From Candidatus Caenarcanales bacterium (GTDB taxonomy: Bacteria; Cyanobacteriota; Vampirovibrionia; Caenarcaniphilales; Caenarcanaceae), in contig CANLFK010000001.1 in NCBI GenBank assembly GCA_947489925.1, forward strand, positions 1 to 38,469: a DNA stretch of 38,469 bases, read 5' to 3'. Within the stretch, counting starts at the first letter, position 1. Each line of letters opens with the position of its first letter. The notes under the pieces were generated by a model, which was not told the DNA's origin, did no database searches, and saw nothing but the letters and a program-made list of their open reading frames with translations. Both the position numbers and the translations under genes were made by a program. Shown in pieces: positions 36,931 through 38,469 of this stretch.

Positions 36931-38238
36931 TTAATTTATAGTTTCACTGACTCTTTTTATATCAGCTCCAAGCAAACTTAATTTATCGGCAAAACTATTA
37001 TAACCTCGGTCTAAATGATTTAAGCCATGCACTTCAGATAAGCCATCAGCTGCTAAACCAGCAATAATTAAACCAGCAGTCGCCCTTAAATCGCTTCCTG
37101 TAACTTGTGCACCCGTTAATTTTTCAACACCTTTTAAAATAGCAATATGATTATTAACCTGAATATCAGCTCCCATTCTAACTAATTCTTCAACATGTGA
37201 AAAACGATCTTCATAAATATTTTCTTTAAAAATACTAACCCCTTCTGTTTTAGTTAGCAAAGCCATCATTTGTGGCTGTAAATCAGTGGGGAAACCAGGA
37301 TACCAAACTGTACTTATTTCCGTAGCTTTTAATCTTCCATTCGATGTAACTTCAAGACTTTTTTCACCAACTGGAGTGATAATAGCTCCCATTTCTTCTA
37401 ATTTACTTAATAGTGCTGTCAAATGCTTAGGAATTACATTTTCAATAATTGCTTTCCCTTCAGTGGCTAAAACAGCAAGAATAAAAGTACCCGCTTCAAC
37501 ACGGTCTGGCAAAGTTGTATACTCGCAGCTGTGTAAATCATTTAAAGTAACACCTTCAATTTCAATTCGGTGAGAGCCAGCTCCAATTATTTTAGCTCCG
37601 CAACAATTTAGAAAGTTAGCTAAATCTTCAATTTCAGGATCTTTAGCGGCATTTTCAATAATAGTATTACCTTTAGCTAAAACAGCAGCCATCATCAAAT
37701 TTTCGGTTGCACCATTAGACGGAATATCTAAATGAATTTCTTTGCCAATTAAGCCACCTTCTGGTGCCTGAGCTTCCACATAGCCATGAGTTATTTCAAG
37801 GGTTGCTCCCAAAGATTTAAGACCTTTTTCATGCAAGTCAATTCTTCTAGTACCAATTTGGCAACCACCAGGTAAAGATACTTTTGCATTTCCACGACGA
37901 GCTAAAATTGGTCCTAAAATAACAAAAGAAGCTCTTAATTTACTAACTAATTCAAATGGAGCATATGAGGAACTTAAAGTAGAACAATTCACCATTAAAA
38001 TTTCTTTTTCTTCATCAAACTCACACTTAGCACCCAAAGCATGTAAAATATCAATCATTCGGTAAACATCTTGCAAAGCTGGTACATCTTTTAATATGAC
38101 TGGATGAGGAATTAAAATACAAGCCGCAATCTGCTTTAAAACAGCATTTTTTGCTCCAGATATACGAACTTTACCTTTTAAAGGCTTAAGTCCATTAATT
38201 AAAATTTTTTCTTTAGTTTCGGTAGAATTAGCAGTCAC
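36931..38238 (-). CDS. murA: UDP-N-acetylglucosamine 1-carboxyvinyltransferase
   Basis: GAKNAVLK and the catalytic loop LPGGCQIGTRRIDLH are present. The length is 435 aa and the apparent start is GTG. Confidence 0.96.
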   Translation of the reverse strand: MTANSTETKEKILINGLKPLKGKVRISGAKNAVLKQIAACILIPHPVILKDVPALQDVYRMIDILHALGAKCEFDEEKEILMVNCSTLSSSYAPFELVSKLRASFVILGPILARRGNAKVSLPGGCQIGTRRIDLHEKGLKSLGATLEITHGYVEAQAPEGGLIGKEIHLDIPSNGATENLMMAAVLAKGNTIIENAAKDPEIEDLANFLNCCGAKIIGAGSHRIEIEGVTLNDLHSCEYTTLPDRVEAGTFILAVLATEGKAIIENVIPKHLTALLSKLEEMGAIITPVGEKSLEVTSNGRLKATEISTVWYPGFPTDLQPQMMALLTKTEGVSIFKENIYEDRFSHVEELVRMGADIQVNNHIAILKGVEKLTGAQVTGSDLRATAGLIIAGLAADGLSEVHGLNHLDRGYNSFADKLSLLGADIKRVSETIN

Positions 38239-38347
38239 TATAATTTAAGCTCTCAGTAATTTTAGGAAAGAATAAGCATTATGCCAATTTTTGCTTAATT
38301 TTGTACATTATTAAATATTTTTTTATTTTACTTGAGTTTCAGTAAAT

Positions 38348-38469
38348 TAATGTGAGTTCGACAGATAAAAAACACAAAAAGCTTCTCAAGAATTCAAGTC
38401 TTAGCCCCCTAGGCTTAAGCCATTCCCCGAAGGGGACACTCAATAAATCTGTTTGAAATTTTCTGTCTT
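38348..38469. mobile_element. Second copy of the MITE-like element (left end, same orientation), cut off by the window edge
   Basis: Positions 38348-38469 match 678-799 at 121 of 122 positions. The single difference is G at 38412 against A at 742. Confidence 0.65.

Noticed and set aside
37286-37573. An ORF antisense to murA.
   Set aside because: It is a shadow ORF within murA.

Overview
This is an AT-rich bacterial chromosomal segment using the standard bacterial genetic code. I saw no rRNA genes, CRISPR array, transposase or integrase.

Most of the window is densely packed housekeeping DNA from a bacterium with an outer membrane. It encodes:
- pirin and a group-3 sigma factor
- the envelope genes for a PagP-like protein, Blc and Lgt
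- birA, carB, a HemY-type protoporphyrinogen oxidase and pepA
- rpsO-pnp, deoC, nrdDG, grxD-rpsT and rimI
- two GT4 glycosyltransferase loci and an LplT-like MFS/acyltransferase fusion
- dnaK, nadA, a glutathione peroxidase and murA
- three tRNAs (His-GTG, Leu, Phe-GAA)

The DnaK and sigma sequences look cyanobacteria/Melainabacteria-like, but that is only an impression.

Unusual or accessory content:
1. A decayed Type III R-M locus sits at the left edge. The res 3' end is followed by a 96-codon mod remnant cut off by a 280-bp MITE-like element with 14-bp perfect terminal inverted repeats. A second copy of that element (121/122 identical) runs off the right edge.
2. A Type II C5-methyltransferase/endonuclease cassette plus a small repeat-protein gene is wedged between carB and hemY. 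It is bracketed by ~87-bp direct repeats that include carB's leader and its first three codons.
3. The small gene contains two perfect 81-bp tandem units and a C8/G8 homopolymer that puts its ATG out of frame.
4. A 189-bp micro-insertion carrying a 48-codon ORF is flanked by a 32-bp duplication of the 3' end of the upstream gene.
5. A relatively GC-rich orphan ORF is wedged between pepA and pnp.

I did not find a convincing multi-gene novel system. Items 1 to 5 are the best candidates for follow-up, and all functional calls come from motif recognition by eye, not from searches.
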